Shown here in pieces: positions 61,080-64,000 of a DNA stretch of 64,000 nt. The stretch is taken from assembly GCA_965552135.1 (NCBI GenBank), contig CBEVQY010000004.1, positions 32,566-96,565 on the forward strand. The letters run 5' to 3'. The position numbers were made by a program, and so were the translations under genes. Source of the stretch: an uncultured bacterium (GTDB taxonomy: Bacteria; UBP14; UBA6098; B30-G16). Each line of letters opens with the position of its first letter. Position 1 is the first letter of the stretch. The notes under the pieces were generated by a model. That model was not told the DNA's origin, did no database searches, and saw nothing but the letters and a program-made list of their open reading frames with translations.

Positions 61080-64000
61080 CTACATATCGGGCTCAGCTTC
61101 CTCGTCGGTTGTGGTCTTCGTCTGGGGCGGCGTCTTCTTTGGCTTCTTCTTTTGCTTGATCTTGGGCTTTTGCGGCACGTGCTCGACCCTGAAGTTTGCG
61201 GCGCGCTTCAGCAGGTGACCCATCTCGCCCGTCAGGATCTCCTCGGGGACCGGCTTGTTATCGGCGAGGCGCGCAACGACTATGTAGTCGAAGCTTACGT
61301 CGAGGTTTCCCGTCTTGCGCACCACAAACCCGCTTGGGGATTTTTCGGTAACCGCCCAGTTGCCGTCGGGAAGCTGCGTTGGCGTAACGGTGACGGTGAT
61401 GGGCGCGCTTGGGTCGATGAGCTTCTGGAGCGTGCTGTCGAACTCGACGGTGGCAACGCCGCCGACGAACCGACCGCTGCCTGTGATCACTATGCTTTTG
61501 TCCTCCGATACGACCGCATACGCAAGCTTTGCGTCTCCGCTGTCGGGACGGAGGACGGTCGCATAGCTCCCCTCCGTAAGCGCGTTCTCGAGGAAGTAGG
61601 CGGAGACATTGTTCTTCGAGTGTGCGAGGACCCCGATGGCGTCTGCTGACGCAATCGCACCAAACTGCCTTCCCTTAAGCCTTGCCGCGGATGCAGCCTT
61701 TGCCATAATCCCCGTGCCCGTCGAGACGCCGCCTGAGAAGATCTCCGAAAGGCTTGGCGCCAAATCCTCGCTGCGCAGGAGCCCATAATCAAGATCACCG
61801 CCGAAACCACATACGCCAACAGCTGTACCCTCGCCTATCACCCCTACTCCGCCTTTTTCGTCGTATGCTCCGCCGCTTCCCCAGCTCTCCCAGCCGTAAC
61901 CGTATGCGCCAGCGCCCCAATAGTAGTACGTATCGCCGCTCCACCAGTCGCGGTCGATCTCCATATATCCGCTGGAGGAGCCGTAGGTTCCGTCTATACC
62001 TTTGCTGTCGCTGCCTCCGTTGGCGCAATAAGCATGGACACCATCGCCATCGCTGCTGCTTGTTTTATATACATAGACACCATCGCCATCGCCGTTGTGG
62101 TAGACGTAAACCCCATCGCCGATGCTGTTGCTTGTGAGGTAGATATAAGCTCCATCTCCGTCGCCGTTGTTGTAGACATACAGTCCATCTGCCGAGCTGC
62201 TCGAGTTCGATATACCCGCATAAATTGCGGCGCTGCCGCTGCTGCCGGTTATGGTGAAGTATCCTCCGTAGTAACCGCCGGTCGCACGGACGCCATAGCC
62301 CCAGTTGTTGGCGGTGTATCCGTTGAAGTATCCTGCGACGACGTCGTAGGAGCCGCTTCCGACCCAGTCGACGTATATTCCCCTTGCGTTGCTCGATGCG
62401 CCGCTGAAGGTGACCTTAACGCCACCGTTTGAGGAGGACGTTCCCGTGTAGTTGTCGACGAAAAGCCCGACCTTGCTTCCGGGGACGACGTGGACCTTCG
62501 CGCTGGGGCTTGTTGTGCCAACGCCTACGTCGCCGTCGGATTGAACTATGAACTTCGTGGATGTGCCGATGTTGTTGTGGATGACGAAGTCGCCGCCGTC
62601 GGTCTGGATGTAGAGGGGTGCCACGGAGGTTCCACTCCCTTTCGATTGGATCTCGTTGTCGTCGAGGGCGAGGTGCTGACCCGAGGCGTTGCCTATGATG
62701 ACGTAGCCCGTGTTCGCTGTGCCGCCGACGACGTCGCTGCCGCCTCTCACGTGCAGCTTCACCGCAGGGCTTGTGGTGTTTATGCCCACCTTGCCGCCGC
62801 TTGAGGGGAAGAAGATGACGTTCCCCGTTCCCGTGTAGAACGTTATGTCACGGTTGCCGTAGGTGTAGATGGAGAAGTCGTCGCCGTTGCCGTAGGTTGC
62901 GGAGTTATTGTTCCACATAAACCCTGCCCAGTATGTGCTGGGGTCGCCGAAGCGTATGAACCTGTAAGGTGAGCCCGAACCAAGGCCGGGGAAGAGATAA
63001 GCCATCCTGCCTGTGCCGCTTATCCAGAAGTCTGCAGATTGGGCTGAGCTGTATTGGTTCTGGATGTAGTCGCCGTCGCCTGCGGGGATGTTGCTCGTCC
63101 AGTATATATCGCCCGAGCCGTCGGTGGCAAGGAGCTGCCCGGAGGAACCAAAGCCCGAGCCGTCGTCTATCCCGCCCGTGATCTTAACGCTTCCCGAGAC
63201 GTCGAGCTTCCGCGAAGGGCTTGTTGTGCCCACGCCCACGTTGCCGTTCACGTAGAGATCGCTTGAGATGTAGGTCTTGCCTGAGACCTCGAGCTTGGCG
63301 CCAGCGGTGGCGGAGTAGCTATCGCCAACGCCGGTTTTGCCTATCACCGTCGTGCCGTCCATGAAGACGACGAACCTACTATCGCTCGAGGCAGCGCCAG
63401 AACCCCACGCAGGGTTGTTCACCGCCGTGCCGTCGCTGTTGCCCCTGACCTCTATCGCTATGTCGTCCGTGCCGTCGGCGTCGCCGGCTATAAGAAGCGC
63501 CGCAGGCATGTCGGGGTCATTTATCATCCTCGAGATGATTATCCCGTAGTAGTCGGCGGGGTTGCTTATGTAGAGTCTGCCGCTTGTTCCGCCGATCGCG
63601 GCGGTTGCATCGGCGCCGAAAACGGCGTTCCCAACGACCGCAAGCTTCTCGTCGGGGCTTGTCGTGCCTATACCAACTCGCCCACCCGTGGTTACGTGCA
63701 TCAGGTTGTTTATGTGGGTGTTTGTGGCGTTGTCGTTGTTCAGGTAAAGGTCTATACCGATGGTTTGGATTTCGTTTGGGTCGATGTGGAGTCCCTGAGT
63801 GCCGCCCGCATTCAGCACCTGGAGCACGCCCGAGCCAACCGACGTTGTGACGTCGCTGTCGGAGCGAAGCCTGACGTCCCCAACAACCTCGAGCCTCTCT
63901 GCGGGGCTTGTGGTGGCAATACCCACGTTGCCCGCGTTGTTCATCGTCATCACTGTGTTCCAGCTCACCGTGTTGCCCGCTGTGCCCGTCGTGGTCGTCG
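61080..64000 (-). CDS. Large tail-fibre-like / beta-helix protein, 5' end outside window
   Basis: Frame open to the edge; repeated GNVGIGTTSP-type modules, YIQNQ..AQ.A.FWISG, GDGVYVY repeats. Confidence 0.8.
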   Translation of the reverse strand, partial: TTTTGTAGNTVSWNTVMTMNNAGNVGIATTSPAERLEVVGDVRLRSDSDVTTSVGSGVLQVLNAGGTQGLHIDPNEIQTIGIDLYLNNDNATNTHINNLMHVTTGGRVGIGTTSPDEKLAVVGNAVFGADATAAIGGTSGRLYISNPADYYGIIISRMINDPDMPAALLIAGDADGTDDIAIEVRGNSDGTAVNNPAWGSGAASSDSRFVVFMDGTTVIGKTGVGDSYSATAGAKLEVSGKTYISSDLYVNGNVGVGTTSPSRKLDVSGSVKITGGIDDGSGFGSSGQLLATDGSGDIYWTSNIPAGDGDYIQNQYSSAQSADFWISGTGRMAYLFPGLGSGSPYRFIRFGDPSTYWAGFMWNNNSATYGNGDDFSIYTYGNRDITFYTGTGNVIFFPSSGGKVGINTTSPAVKLHVRGGSDVVGGTANTGYVIIGNASGQHLALDDNEIQSKGSGTSVAPLYIQTDGGDFVIHNNIGTSTKFIVQSDGDVGVGTTSPSAKVHVVPGSKVGLFVDNYTGTSSSNGGVKVTFSGASSNARGIYVDWVGSGSYDVVAGYFNGYTANNWGYGVRATGGYYGGYFTITGSSGSAAIYAGISNSSSSADGLYVYNNGDGDGAYIYLTSNSIGDGVYVYHNGDGDGVYVYKTSSSDGDGVHAYCANGGSDSKGIDGTYGSSSGYMEIDRDWWSGDTYYYWGAGAYGYGWESWGSGGAYDEKGGVGVIGEGTAVGVCGFGGDLDYGLLRSEDLAPSLSEIFSGGVSTGTGIMAKAASAARLKGRQFGAIASADAIGVLAHSKNNVSAYFLENALTEGSYATVLRPDSGDAKLAYAVVSEDKSIVITGSGRFVGGVATVEFDSTLQKLIDPSAPITVTVTPTQLPDGNWAVTEKSPSGFVVRKTGNLDVSFDYIVVARLADNKPVPEEILTGEMGHLLKRAANFRVEHVPQKPKIKQKKKPKKTPPQTKTTTDEEAEPDM

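Overview
High-GC bacterial chromosomal window. Several secreted proteins carry T9SS/FlgD-type C-terminal sorting domains, which suggests an uncultured FCB-group-like diderm (inference). Housekeeping genes, often in scrambled operons, include sppA (partial), dusB, hypE, two GT4s, a flippase, kdsD, fmt, ruvC, dtd, hutU, leuD, nfeD, tRNA-Met, a pilMNOPQ-like operon, efp, an L,D-transpeptidase, an acyl-CoA dehydrogenase, mreB, a hybrid kinase and eutN/ccmL. Large secreted proteins are an S8 peptidase, a C1A peptidase, a clan-CD-like protein, a ~3,800-aa repeat protein split by a 1-nt frameshift and a partial tail-fibre-like protein. AT-rich defence-like genes sit in three patches with no integrase: two different nuclease/SF1-helicase fusions, a DUF262/HNH (GmrSD-like) gene and a DUF3800 gene. 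The most interesting signals are: (1) a nuclease-helicase ending in an SSB-like DDLPF tail; (2) a DUF3800 gene bracketed by a 7x21-bp phased repeat array and alternative hairpins; (3) a candidate oriC between ruvC and dtd with no dnaA nearby; (4) an apparently domesticated IS200-like Y1 nuclease; (5) dense D-(S/T)-hydrophobic glycosylation-like sequons in secreted proteins. All calls come from reading motifs by eye; no searches were run.
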